Positions 23,400-35,779 of a stretch of DNA of 64,000 nucleotides are shown one piece after another; the first letter of the stretch is position 1, and each line of letters opens with the position of its first letter. This DNA is from Malacoraja senta (taxonomy: Eukaryota), in contig CM075996.1 of NCBI GenBank assembly GCA_038087875.1, positions 1,242,001 through 1,306,000 on the forward strand, in the 5' to 3' direction. The notes under the pieces were generated by a model that made no database searches, was not told where the DNA came from, and saw only the letters and a list, made by a program, of their open reading frames with translations. The translations under genes and the position numbers were made by a program.

Positions 23400-24192
23400 A
23401 ACGGCACTCTACACACGGACCCCCGTACTGATGACACTCTACACACGGGGCCCCGTACTGATGGCACTCTACACACGGGGCCCCGTACTGATGACACTCT
23501 ACACACGGACCCCCGTACTGATGACACTCTACACACGGGGCCCCGTACTGATGACACTCTACACACGGGGCCCCGTACTGATGACACTCTACACACGGGG
23601 CCCCGTACTGATGACACTCTACACACGGACCCCCGTACTGATGACACTCTACACACGGGGCCCCGTACTGATGACACTCTACACACGGACCCCCGTTCTG
23701 ATGACACTCTACACACGGGGCCCCGTACTGATGACACTCTACACACGGGGCCCCGTACTGATGTCACTCTACACACGGACCCCGTACTGACGTCACTCTA
23801 CACACACGGACCCTCGTACTGATGTCACTCTACACACGGGGCCCCGTACTGACGTCACTCTACACACACGGACCCTCGTACTGATGTCACTCTACACACA
23901 CGGACCCCCGTACTGATGACACTCTACATGGGGCCCCGTACTGATGTCACTCTACACACGGACCCCCGTACTGACGGCACTCTACACACACGGGGCCCCA
24001 TACTGATGGCACTCTACACACGGACCCCCGTACTGACGGCATTCTACACACACGGGGCCCCGTACTGACGTCACTCTACACACACGGACCCTCGTACTGA
24101 TGTCACTCTACACACGGGGCCCCGTACTGATGGCACTCTACACACACGGGCCCCGTACTGACAGCACTCTACATGGGCCCTCGTACTGACGG
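23400..24192. repeat. Minisatellite, ~30 bp unit, about 26 copies
   Basis: GACACTCTACACACGGGGCCCCGTACTGAT and variants. Confidence 0.97.
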
Positions 24193-25924
24193 TTGTGACA
24201 GTTTTATTTACACGCCGCCCACAATCACCCCATGCAAGACACTGAACCATTCACTGATCAGCAGCTTTCATCAGCGAGTCTCGCTCAGCACTGTTTATAG
24301 TTTGACGAATATAACATGTTATTTAAAGCTGGAGGATCAGATCACAGAATAGCCTCTGTCCCTTCAAAGGCCAAAGACATTATTGCTGTCTCTCCTCAAA
24401 ATATAGGCTTTCTAATGTGTACAGGTCGAATAAAGGTCAGACTGATATACAACTTTTTTTAAGCAAACGGTCCTGAAGTTAATTAGAAGCCACTCGTTGG
24501 TGAACTAGTCTGCTTGATCATTGGAATTAGGTCACTCACATTTCCAGTATTAGCCTTCCCTTTCCCTGTGGCTTGGTATCCAAATGCCTTGCATCCAGGA
24601 TATCAGATGAACAGGGTCACCAAGATCAATGCTCCCCACACGCTCTGGCCACAGTACCACATACCTGAATATGGAGAGGAGCTACAAATAGGAGCAGGTA
24701 GACAAAAATGCTGGAAAAACTCAGCAGGTGAGGCAGCATTTATGGAGCGAAGAAGGGTCTCAACCCAAAATGAGAGTCTGATGGTCTCGACCCGAAACGT
24801 CACCTATTCCTTCTCTCCATAGATGCTGCCTCACATGCTGAGTTTCTCCAGCATTTTTGCCTACCTTTGATTTTTCCAGCATCTGCAGTTCTTTCTTATA
24901 CAAATAGGAGCAACTATGTTTGACCAAATCAGCAATTGCTCCCAACCTCACCAGGTATCAGAAAACACTCATACATAAAAGCAAACAAGAATTTGACAAG
25001 AATGATCCCAGGAATGAGTAGGTTAACCTATGATGAGCGTTTGTCAGCACTGGGCCTGTTCTAGCTGAAGTTTAGAAGAATTAGAGGGGACCTCATGGAA
25101 ACATACAGAGTAGTGAAAGGCTTGAATAGAGTGGATGTGGAGCAGATGTTTCCACTCGTGGAAGAGTCCAGGACTAGAGGTCACAGCATCATGACGTTGT
25201 CTACATCACCCATTGTGTGAACAACCTAAAAATCCCGGCATAATTTCATAAATGGAGAGGATGTTTCCACTAGTTGGAGAGTCTAGGACTAGAGGTTATA
25301 GCCGCAGAATTAAAGGAGGTTCTTTTAGGAAGGAGATGAGGAGGAATTTCTTTAGTCAGAGGGTGGTGAATCTGTGGAATTCTTTGCCACAAGCGGCGGT
25401 GGAGGCCAAGTCAGAGGATATTTTTAAGGCAGAGATAGATATATTCTTGATTAGTGCAAGAGGTTATGGTGAGAAGGTAGGAAAAAGGGGTTGGGAGGGA
25501 GAGATAGATCAGCCATAATAGAATGGCGGAGTAGACTTGACGGACCCAATGGCCTAATTCTACTCCCATCACTTATGACATGACCAAACCCAGAAAGCAC
25601 CATAAAACTGCAAGGAGGCCACAGCGTATTCAATGTTTTCCCATCAGCCATATCCTGACCTCGATTTGGTTCTCATGATGGCCACCAATGAAGGGTTTCA
25701 ACCCAAAACATCACCCATTCCTTCTCTCCACAGATGCTGCCAGCCCATTTGAGTTTCTCCAGCATTTTGCGTCTATCTTGGATTTAAACCAGTTTCTTCC
25801 TACACAGTGAACCTACCCTTTCCCATTTAGTTACAGGAGCTTCAGTAACAATAACAGCACTCTGCAAATCACCCAAGAGGCAACTCCAGTTCACAATTAA
25901 TACGTGATTGATCATAGTATAGAC

Positions 25925-26778
25925 TGCAGTATAATGTGGATAAATGCAGTATAATGTGGATAAATGTGAGGTTATCCACTTTGGTAGCAAAAACGGGAAG
26001 GCAGACTATTATCTAAATGGTGGCCGATTAGGAAATGGGGAGATGCAGCGAGACCTGGGTGTCATGGTACACCAGTCATTGAAAGTAGGCATGCAGGTGC
26101 AGCAGGCAGTGAAGAAAGCGAATGGTATGTTGGCCTTCATAGCAAGAGGATTTGAGTATAGGAGCAGGGAGGTTCTACTGCAGTTGTACAGGGTCTTGGT
26201 GAGACCACACCTGGAGTATTGCGTACAGTTTTGGTCTCCAAATCTGAGGAAGGACATTATAGCCATAGAGGGAGTGCAGAGAAGGTTCACCAGACTGATT
26301 CCTGGGATGTCAGGACTTTCATATGAAGAAAGACTGGATAGACTTGGCTTATACTCGCTAGAATTTAGGAGATTGAGAGGGGATCTTATAGAAACGTACA
26401 AAATTCTTATGGGGTTGGACAGGCTAGATGCAGGAAGATTGTTCCCGATGTTGGGGAAGTCCAGGACAAGGGGTCACAGCTTAAGGATAAGGGGGAAATC
26501 CTTTAAGACCGAGATGAGGAAAAACTTTTTCACACAGAGAGTGGTGAATCTCTGGAACTCTCTGCCACAGAGGGTAGTTGAGGCCAGTTCATTGGCTATA
26601 TTTAAGAGGGAATTAGATGTGGCCCTTGTGGCTAAAGGGATCAGGGGGTATGGAGAGAAGGCAGGTACGGGATACTGAGTTGGATGATCAGCCATGATCG
26701 TATTGAATGGCGGTGCAGGCTCGAAGGGCCGAATGGCCTACTCCTGCACCTATTTTCTATGTATCTATGTATCTATGT
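25925..26778 (+). mobile_element. 5'-truncated CR1 LINE, same young subfamily as the 30.3-kb copy
   Basis: Open 244-aa C-terminal ORF2 (LVRPHLEYCVQFWSP...TRGHSL...FFTQRVVNLWNSLP), near-identical to 32397-32720; same 3' UTR and tail. Confidence 0.95.
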
Positions 26779-27812
26779 AAAAGTACAAAATATCTATGCT
26801 GTTTCATTAGTGGCATGTTTTACAACATTACAATGAATTAATATTCTGATGTTTTTGTGTTTTAAGCCTTAGGTTGCTGAGCAGCGTTAAATAATGCACC
26901 ATGTAACAGGTAGTTGAGCCATACGGAGATCAGTATATGAAGATCAGATGGAATCACATCAATAACAGTTTCCGAAGCTGAACTTTAAGAATTGGGAAAA
27001 TACTGGAGAGAAACTGCATTTACAATCCTTCATTCAGAGCACTTCCTGTTCACAACAGCTTGCATTTATTGCCGTTCACATTCCTTTCAGCAAATCCCAC
27101 ACGTTTTATAGCCCTTGAAGATTTCAGACTCTAAGACATGGATCTTTATAAGACCATGACTTGATTCCTTAAAAACACTGCAATGGATGCAACCAGCAGG
27201 AATGAACACCATCTGCACTGGCTCTGCAAGTCACAGGGATGGAGATGAATCTTGGCTAACATATTGCAAAGCTACTCTTCCAAAAAAGTGTTAATCATGT
27301 ATTGTCTTTCTGCTGACTGGTTAGCACGCAACAAAAGCTTTTCACTGTACCTCGGTACACGTGACAATAAACTAAACGGAACTAATAAAGCTGTAGTTTA
27401 GTTTAGAGACATTATGGAAACAGGCCTTTCGACCCACCGAGTCCACGCCGACCAGCAATCCCTGTATTCGAGCACTATCCTACACAATAGGGTCACTTTA
27501 CAACTTTTACAGAAGCCAATTAACCTACATACCTGTATGCCTTTCGAGTGTGGGAGGCATCCGAAGCACCCGGAGAAAACCCACGTGGTCACGGGGAGAA
27601 CGTACAAACTCTGTACAGACAGTACCTGTAGTCAGGATTGAACCCGGGTCTCTTGCGCTGTGAGGCAGCAACTCCACTGCTGCGCCACCGTGCCGCACTT
27701 GATCTTTTTAACTGAAGCCTGACATTCTGTGTCAGCTCTATGGTGCTACACAGAATTGTGCACCTTTGGATTGCCATGTGAATCGACTGCCTTTCGTTGG
27801 CACCAGTTGCAG

Positions 27813-27926
27813 CTAACATATGTAGTAAGTATGCCCAGGGAGTGTTAGAATCCTAACATATGTAGTAAGCATGCCCAGGGAGTGTTAGAATCCTAACATA
27901 TGTAGTAAGCATGCCCAGGGAGTGTT
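27813..27926. repeat. 40-bp tandem repeat, about 3 copies
   Basis: CTAACATATGTAGTAAGCATGCCCAGGGAGTGTTAGAATC. Confidence 0.93.
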
Positions 27927-28887
27927 CTGGAGACAATGGCCACTAGGTGAGACCAGAAGAGAGAGACAAAGATGAATGAAGGAGCTGGGTTTCATTTGCT
28001 CAATGCTGGTCACAATGTTATGGTCAACAAAAATGTTGTCACAATGTATGTTGTGTGTAAACTACTCTGATCTCCTTGACAAAAGATGAAGTTGAGCAGA
28101 ATACTTTATCGGTCAGTGAGAGATGTGCCTGACTATCACTGTAGGAGCTTCAGGCATCGCCTGGAGACTGCAGAGCTCATTCACTAACTGTACCACAATG
28201 TGTTCAGTCATTGCAAACACAAATGCTCTTCACACCCAGCATGGAAACTAAAAATAAAACAGGATGCATCATCAAACTTCACACCCGCCAACACATCGTC
28301 ACATGGAATCAGACAGCAAGAGACAGGCCCTTCGGCCCAACTCTGTCATGCCAACCAACATGCCCCATCTAAGCTTGTCCCAAATCCCTCTAAACCTCTT
28401 CTATCCATGTACCAGTCCAAATATCTTTTTAAAGGTTATTGTACCTGCCACTACTACCTCCTCTGCCAGCTCGGTCCATATGCCCACCACTCTGTGTGAA
28501 AACATTGCCTGTCAGATTCCTATTAAATCTTTCCCCTCTCACCTTAAACCTGTGCCCTCCAGTTCTTGATTCCTCTCCTCTGGGAATAAAACCTCGTGAT
28601 TTTACACACTTCTCTGCAAGATCACTCATCATCCTCCTGCACTCCAAGGAGGAAAGACCATGCTTGCCCAACTTCTCTCTGGAGCTCAGGCCTTGGAGTG
28701 CTGGCAACAGGAGACAGATAGCAAGATCTTACACAGGTCTCAGAGAATGATGACCAGTGTATCAACCAGCCACTCCGCAGGCCTGCTGAATCACACTCCC
28801 GTACGAGAAGCAAAACACATTGCATCTAACAGCTGGCAAGTTCTCTCCAAAGCCCAGCCCCACAGAAAAATAGCCGCCACGACTTAC

Positions 28888-29018
28888 TCGACGATTTCGG
28901 AGTAGCCGCAGGAAACGGCCACGTGGAGCGGTGTCCAGCCCTCGTTATCCGACTGGTCAACGTTGGCATTCTGTCTCAGCAGGAACTCCACCATCTCCAG
29001 GTTCTCATCAATGCAAGC
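28888..29018 (-). CDS. PPP1R12C: PPP1R12C (MBS85/MYPT family) ankyrin-repeat exon, equivalent to coding exon 2
   Basis: ttttgcag|GCT TGC ATT GAT...GA|gtaagt; 131 bp; encodes ACIDENLEMVEFLLRQNANVDQSDNEGWTPLHVAVSCGYSEIVE, a MYPT-family ankyrin repeat. Confidence 0.93.
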
Positions 29019-30159
29019 CTGCAAAAGAAAGCACTCTGGGTCAGATACCACGCTGAATGTCTGTGCACACCACCCACCAGTGGTCAATGTTATAGACACC
29101 TGGAGCTTCCTAGTAGCTGACTCCCTTCAGAAGATCACACTGCCTGCCATCAAGTCCAGTGCCTGGGCTATTTCCTTGAACACTGTTAAATATTCCCATA
29201 CCCTTGCTCTTTCTTTATGCTCATACATCTTTTTTATTTTACAAACCGTCTCCTTTTACTCTTATCTAGCGTATCCCTCATAATAATTTACTCCACATCC
29301 CAACTTACCAATTGCCTCAGCCATTGCTCCGGCTTCACCGAGTTAACTGGGCTGACAACAAAAAGATTTTGAAGTTCCTTTCCTGGTCTTTAAACCTCCC
29401 CCACACTGACACAAACCTCACCATTCCAGAAACCTGATTGTTGTTCCACCACTGTCCCTTTTCCACGCGAGTGATCCATCACCAGTAGCTGCACTTCCTG
29501 CTATCACGGCCCTGAGTTGTGAACACGCTCCACAGATTCCCTCTGGATATGCCGTTCCATAAACATACTTCCTGTCCTCAAAATTCCTTCTGCAGCTGAA
29601 TCAAATTTGATATGAAGATTTTTGCAAAAGGCCTCAAGTTGTTTCATTGTTTAATAAATGTGTGTACGATTATTGGCGGGGTGGTGGTTATTGGGGGGGG
29701 GGGGGTGTTTAGCAGCACTGCAGAGAGAGGGAGAGGGACTGATCTCATCAGCAGACAGTTCACAGAACTGGGCAGAGATTTTGAAGATAGACACAAAATG
29801 CTGGAGTAACTCAGCGGGTCGGGCAGCATCTCTGGATAGAAGGAATGGGTGACGTTTCGGGTCAAGACCCTTCTTCAGATCTATCCAGAGATGCTGCCTG
29901 TCTCGCTGATTTACTCCATGGGCAGAGGTTTAAACTGATTTAACGCTCTGCCAGAGGCGGTGGTGGGAGAAGGGGCACTCTTTCACAAACACTGAGACAA
30001 GAACTAGAATCAGCAAGGCGGGCCAATGCGAAGAGCGATGAGATCTACAATGGTTTGCCCACGGGCCCATTTCATACGCTCTATGATGGGTTGAGGAAAG
30101 GATGGAGAAGGTAAGAAAACAATAATAAACAGAGAATAAGAGGTGGTGGGGTTCTTAAA

Positions 30160-32852
30160 TGCGTGAGCAGAGAAACAGAGGGGTGTAAAATGCGGGCGGA
30201 AGCAATAGGTAGCAAGGTGAAAAGTAAAAGTGTCAGGCAGACAAATCCAGGGCAAAAATCACAAAAAGGGCCACTTTTCAACATAATTGTATAAGGGGTA
30301 AGAGCGTTGTAAAAACAAGTCTGAAGGCTTTGTGTCTCAATGCAAGGAGCATTCGTAATAAGGTGGATGAGTTGAACTTGCAGATAGCTATTAATGATTA
30401 TGATATAGTTGGGATCACGGAGACATGGCTCCAGGGTGACCAAGGCTGGGAGCTGAACAACCAGGGATATTCAATATTCAGGAGTGATAGAGAGAAAGGA
30501 AAAGGAGGTGGGGTAGCGTTGCTGGTTAGAGAGGAGATTAACGCAGTGGAAAGGAAGGACATTAGCTTGGAGGATGTGGAATCGGTATGGGTAGAGCTGC
30601 GAAACACTAAGGGGCAGAAAACGCTGGTGGGTGTAGTGTACAGGCCACCTAGCAGTAGTAGTGAAGTTGGGGATGGCATCAAACAGGAAATTAGAAATGC
30701 GTGCAACAAAGGCAAAACAGTTATAATGGGTGACTTCAATCTACATATAGATTGGGTGAATCAAATTGGCAGGGGTGCTGAGGAAGAGGATTTCTTGGAA
30801 TGTATGCGGGATAGTTATCTAAACCAACATGTAGAGGAACCAACGAGAGAGCAGGCTATTCTAGACTGGGTATTGAGTAATGAGGAAGGGTTAGTTAGCA
30901 GTCTTGTTGTGCGTGCCCCCTTGGGCAAGAGTGACCATAATATGGTTGAGTTCTTCATTAGGATGGAGAGTGACATTGTTAATTCAGAAACAACGGTTCT
31001 GAACTTAAAGAAAGGTAACTTTGAGGGTATGAGACGTGAATTGGCCAAGATTGACTGGCAATTAGTTCTAAAAGGGTTGACGGTGGATATGCAATGGAAG
31101 GCATTTAAAGACTGCATGGATGAACTACAAAAATTGTTCATCCCAGTTTGGCAAAAGAATAAATCAGGGAAGGTAGTGCATCCATGGATAACAAGGGAAA
31201 TCAGGGATAGTATCAAAGCAAAAGATGATGCGTACAAATTAGCCAGAAAAAGCAGCATACCAGAGGACTGGGAGAAATTCAGAGACCAGCAGAGGAGGAC
31301 AAAGGGCTTAATTAGGAAAGGGAAAATAGATTATGAAAGGAAACTGGCAGGGAACATAAAAACTGACTGCAAAAGTTTTTATAGATATGTGAAGAGAAAG
31401 AGATTAGTTAAAACAAATGTAGGTCCCTTGCAGTCAGAAACAGGTGAATTGATCATGGGGAACAAGGATATGGCGGACCAATTGAATAACTACTTTGGTT
31501 CCGTCTTCACTAAGGAAGACATAAATAATCTGCCGGAAATAGCAGGGGACCGCGGGTCAAAGGAGATGGAGGAACTGAGTGAAATCCAGGTTAGTCGGGA
31601 AGTGGTGTTGGGTAAATTGAATGGATTAAAGGCCGATAAATCACCAGGGCCAGATAGGCTGCATCCCAGAGTACTTAAGGAAGTAGCTCCAGAAATAGTG
31701 GATGCATTAGTGATAATTTTTCAAAACTCTTTAGATTCTGGAGTAGTTCCTGAGGATTGGAGGGTAGCAAACGTAACCCCACTTTTTAAGAAGGGAGGGA
31801 GAGAGAAAACGGGGAATTACAGACCAGTTAGTCTAACATCGGTAGTGGGGAAACTGCTAGAGTCAGTTATTAAAGATGGGATAGCAGCACATTTGGAAAG
31901 TGGTGAAATCATTGGACAAAGTCAGCATGGATTTACGAAAGGTAAATCATGTCTGACGAATCTTATAGAATTTTTTGAGGATGTAACTAGTAGAGTGGAT
32001 AGGGGAGAACCAGTGGATGTGTTGTATCTGGACTTTCAGAAGGCTTTCGACAAGGTCCCACATAAGAGATTAGTATACAAACTTAAAGCACACGGTATTG
32101 GGGGTTCAGTATTGATGTGGATAGAGAACTGGCTGGCAAACAGGAAGCAAAGAGTAGGAGTAAACGGATCCTTTTCACAATGGCAGGCAGTGACTAGTGG
32201 GGTACCGCAAGGCTCAGTGCTGGGACTCCAGCTATTTACAATTTATATTAATGATCTGGATGAGGGAATTGAAGGCAACATCTCCAAGTTTGCGGATGAC
32301 ACTAAGCTGGGGGGCAGTGTTAGCTGTGAGGAGGATGCTAGGAGACTGCAAGGTGACTTGGATAGGCTGGGTGAGTGGGCAAATGTTTGGCAGATGCAGT
32401 ATAATGTGGATAAATGTGAGGTTATCCACTTTGGTGGCAAAAACAGGAAAGCAGACTATTATCTAAATGGTGGCCGATTAGGAAAAGGGGAGATGCAGCG
32501 AGACCTGGGTGTCATGGTACACCAGTCATTGAAAGTAGGCATGCAGGTGCAGCAGGCAGTGAAGAAAGCGAATGGTATGTTAGCTTTCATAGCAAAAGGA
32601 TTTGAGTATAGGAGCAGGGAGGTTCTACTGCAGTTGAACAGGGTCATGGTGAGACCACACCTGGAGTATTGCGTACAGTTTTGGTCTCCAAATCTGAGGA
32701 AGGACATTATAGCCATAGAGCTATGGAGAGAAGGCAGGTACGGGATACTGAGTTGGATGATCAGCCATGATCATATTGAATGGCGGTGCAGGCTCGAAGG
32801 GCCGAATGGCCTACTCCTGCACCTATTTTCTATGTATCTATGTATCTATGTA
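30160..32852 (+). mobile_element. CR1 LINE, near-complete ORF2 (APE endonuclease + reverse transcriptase), internally deleted near 3' end; 5' boundary approximate
   Basis: 866-aa ORF 30330-32930 with CLNARSI, GITETW, GDFN, SDH (APE) and YRPVSLTS, LDFQKAFDKVPH, GVPQGSVLG, FADD (RT); 3' UTR and (TATGTATC)n tail. Confidence 0.96.
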
Positions 32853-32981
32853 AAGAAAGGGCATATTGCCATGGAAATGGTGACTACCTATATGGGTTAT
32901 GGAAAGTTAAAGTCTTTTCAAAACGGATAGGAACCATAATGAACATAATCTGCAGGACTATGGGGAAAGAGGAGAGGAAAT

Positions 32982-33181
32982 NNNNNNNNNNNNNNNNNNN
33001 NNNNNNNNNNNNNNNNNNNNNNNNNNNNNNNNNNNNNNNNNNNNNNNNNNNNNNNNNNNNNNNNNNNNNNNNNNNNNNNNNNNNNNNNNNNNNNNNNNNN
33101 NNNNNNNNNNNNNNNNNNNNNNNNNNNNNNNNNNNNNNNNNNNNNNNNNNNNNNNNNNNNNNNNNNNNNNNNNNNNNNNNN
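32982..33181. other. Assembly gap (200 N)
   Basis: Run of exactly 200 N. Confidence 0.99.
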
Positions 33182-33261
33182 TTCCTGGAGAACGTCAACA
33201 AGAAGGACTACGTGCGGGTCTGCTCCAAGAAGCCCTGGCACCGACCACAGCAGTCACTGCG
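33182..33261 (+). CDS. PRR12: PRR12 exon (5' end lost in gap)
   Basis: [26 protein letters not shown] then CG|gtaccg; matches recalled PRR12 [22 protein letters not shown]. Confidence 0.88.
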
Positions 33262-33267
33262 GTACCG

Positions 33268-33610
33268 GCTCAGCCCCCTCCCCCCCCACACACTCACCCA
33301 CTCAGCCCCCCCACACCCACCCCCCACACTCACCCACTCAGCCCCCTCCCCCCCCACACTCACCCACTCACCCCCCCCCACACCCACCCCCCACACTCAC
33401 CCACTCACCCCCCCCCCCACACACTCACCCACTCACCCCCCCCCCACACCCCCCCCACTCATCCACTCACCCCATCATCCACTCACCCCCCCTACACTCA
33501 CCCCCCTCCTCCCCACACCCACCCCCTCCCCCCTCCCACACACCCACCCACTCACACCAGCTCGCCCTCACACCCCCCCACCCCCACCCATTCTCACCCA
33601 CCCACCCTTT
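33268..33610. repeat. C-rich minisatellite in PRR12 intron
   Basis: CCCCCCCACACTCACCCACTCA-like units; a second C-rich array (CCCCCCCACTGAA / CACAACCGTG) at about 34050-34390. Confidence 0.9.
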
Positions 33611-33841
33611 TGGTTGGCCAGGAGTGGGTTGTCGGGATAGGGGGGTAAATGAATGCCAGATTTGGGTGGGGGTGGGGGGGTGGTGAGGGGTGGGGGGTGG
33701 TAAGGGACGGGGGGTGAGGGGTGAAGGAGGGTAGAGTGTGGGGTGGTCTCGGTGGATTGGGGACAGAGTGGGTGGGGGCTGGGTTGTGCCGGGACCTTGT
33801 CGTGCGTTGGTGTTGACGGTGACCCCTCTTTGCTCCGCCAG

Positions 33842-34043
33842 GCGGCAGAACCAGGGCAAGAGCGTGCCCAGCCGATTGCCGGTGGTGGTGAAGCCGGAGC
33901 CGGTGGCAAAGCCGGCCGCCAAAACCAAGCAGCGGCCGGCAAAGACCAAGGCCGAGCCCCCCCCAAGAAGAGGAAAAAGTGGCTGAAGGAGGTGGTCTCG
34001 TCGTCAGAGTCAGACTCCCCCGGACAACCGCAGAGCGAGGAGG
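33842..34043 (+). CDS. PRR12: PRR12 exon with basic KAEPPPKKRKKW motif; apparent 1-nt deletion in C-run
   Basis: ccgccag|G CGG CAG...GAG G|gtgaga; two overlapping frames give ...KTKAEPP and PKKRKKWLKEVVSSSESDSPGQPQSEE. Confidence 0.85.
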
Positions 34044-34564
34044 GTGAGACCCCCACAACCGTGCCCCCCCCACTGCCCTCCCCCCCACACAACCGTGCCC
34101 CCCCCCACTGAACCCCCCCACACACAACCGTGCCCCCCCACTGAACCCCCCCCACAACCGTGCCCACCCCCACTGACTCCCCCCACACAACCGTGCACCC
34201 CCCACTGACCCCTCCCCCCCACTGACCCCCCCCACTGAACCCCACCCCACTGAACCCCACCCCCTCTGAACCCCACCCCCACTGAACCCCCCCACATAAC
34301 CACCCCCCACACAACCGTGCATCCCCCACTGACACCTCACCCCCACTGACCCCCCCCCACTGAACCCCACCCCCACTGAACCCCCTCCCCCATCAGTACC
34401 CGTTATTGCCGATTGTCCGCTGTAACCGAGTCGGGGGCGGGGGGGGGGGTGGGGTGGACTTGATGGGCCGAATGGCCTAATTCTGCTGCTGTCCCGTGTG
34501 AGTTGATGAGGTGATACAAAGGCCAGAGGGCCTGACGATGTTGGGTGTTGGGGCTGTGTTGCAG

Positions 34565-34690
34565 AGCGTGTCCCCACTGGCCGTGTACTCAACACTCGGG
34601 CGATGAAGGAGATGTACAAGAGCTACATCGAGCTGTTGGTCAGCGCTGCTCTTGACCCCGCCATGATCGAGACCATCGAGGCCAACAACG
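34565..34690 (+). CDS. PRR12: PRR12 exon (conserved C-terminal domain shared with QSER1)
   Basis: ttgcag|AG CGT...AAC G|gtagga; [42 protein letters not shown]. Confidence 0.92.
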
Positions 34691-35681
34691 GTAGGAATGC
34701 TGGGAGATGGGGGCGGGTAGGACCGCTGCCTCACAGCGCCAGAGAGCCCCCACCCCCCCGGATTCGTTCCCAACCCCGGGCTCTGTCTGTCTGTCTGTCT
34801 GTCGGTGTGGAGTCTGCAAGTTCCCCCCTCTGTGACCGCGTGGGTTTCCTCCGGGTGCTCCGGTTTCCTCCCACTTCCTGGGTTTTTAGGTTCGTTGGCC
34901 CTCCGTAAAAATAACATTTACGTAATGTACGGAAGAGGTGGGATATCGCCGATCTAGGGTGAACGGGAGGTCAGTGGTTGGCATGGACTCGATGGGCCGA
35001 AGGGTCTGTTTCCGTGCTGTATCCCACCTCGACGGTGCTGCAAATCCGCTATCTAGAAATAAATATTCATAGAGTCACACAGCTCGGAAACAGGCCCTTC
35101 GGCCCCACTGGCCCAGGCCACCCAAGATGCCTCATTTAAACTGATCCCATTTGCCCGTGTTTGGCCTACGTCCCTCCGAACCTGTCCTATCCACGTGTCT
35201 CTTAAACATTGGGATAGTCCCTGCCTCAACTACCTCCTCTGGCAGCTCGTTCCATACACCCACCACCCTCTGTGTGGAAAAAGTTACCCCCTCAGCTTCC
35301 TATCGAACCTTTCCCCCTTCACCTTTATCCTATGTCCTCTGGTCCTCGATTCCCCTACTCTGGGCAAGAGTCTCTGTGCGTCTGTCTACCCGATCTATTC
35401 CCCTGGTGATTTTGTACACACCTCTATAAGATCGCCCCCACCCCTCATCCTCCTGCGCTCCAAGGAATAGAGTCTGTGCAGGCGAAAGTTGGCAAACCAG
35501 CCAGGTTTGGCCAGCACGGACATGGTGGGCCGAAGGGCCTGCGGCACTCTTGAGCGTCTAACTCACTCTCACTTCAGGTTGACGACTCTGGGACGTTTAG
35601 TGAATGAGTGTGAAAGTGAATGTGTGAAAGAGACTGGTGCGGAGAGTGGGCGACTGACTGGTGTATTTCCACTTGCCGCAG

Positions 35682-35779
35682 ATGAACTGTACTTACCCAC
35701 TATGAAGAAGATCGACAGCATCTTAACTGAGCACAAGAAGCGCGTGACGAAGCGAGTGTCTCTCAGCTCTTCATTACAG
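35682..35779 (+). CDS. PRR12: PRR12 exon
   Basis: ccgcag|AT GAA...TTA CAG|gtacct; [33 protein letters not shown]. Confidence 0.92.

Noticed and set aside
23357..23822. Repetitive 119-143 aa ORFs
   Set aside because: Translations of the 30-bp minisatellite; no splice or homology support.
2333..29018. Calling the minus-strand gene PPP1R12A or PPP1R12B
   Set aside because: GYIEVMRLLLQAG, SSVCRMSSREKISVQDLSKER and TDLKEAEK match my recollection of PPP1R12C. A phylogeny would be needed to be certain.
32780..34619. Long Pro/Thr/His- or Gly/Val-rich ORFs (255-341 aa)
   Set aside because: Artefacts of the N gap and the C-rich minisatellites; only the PRR12 exon portions are real.
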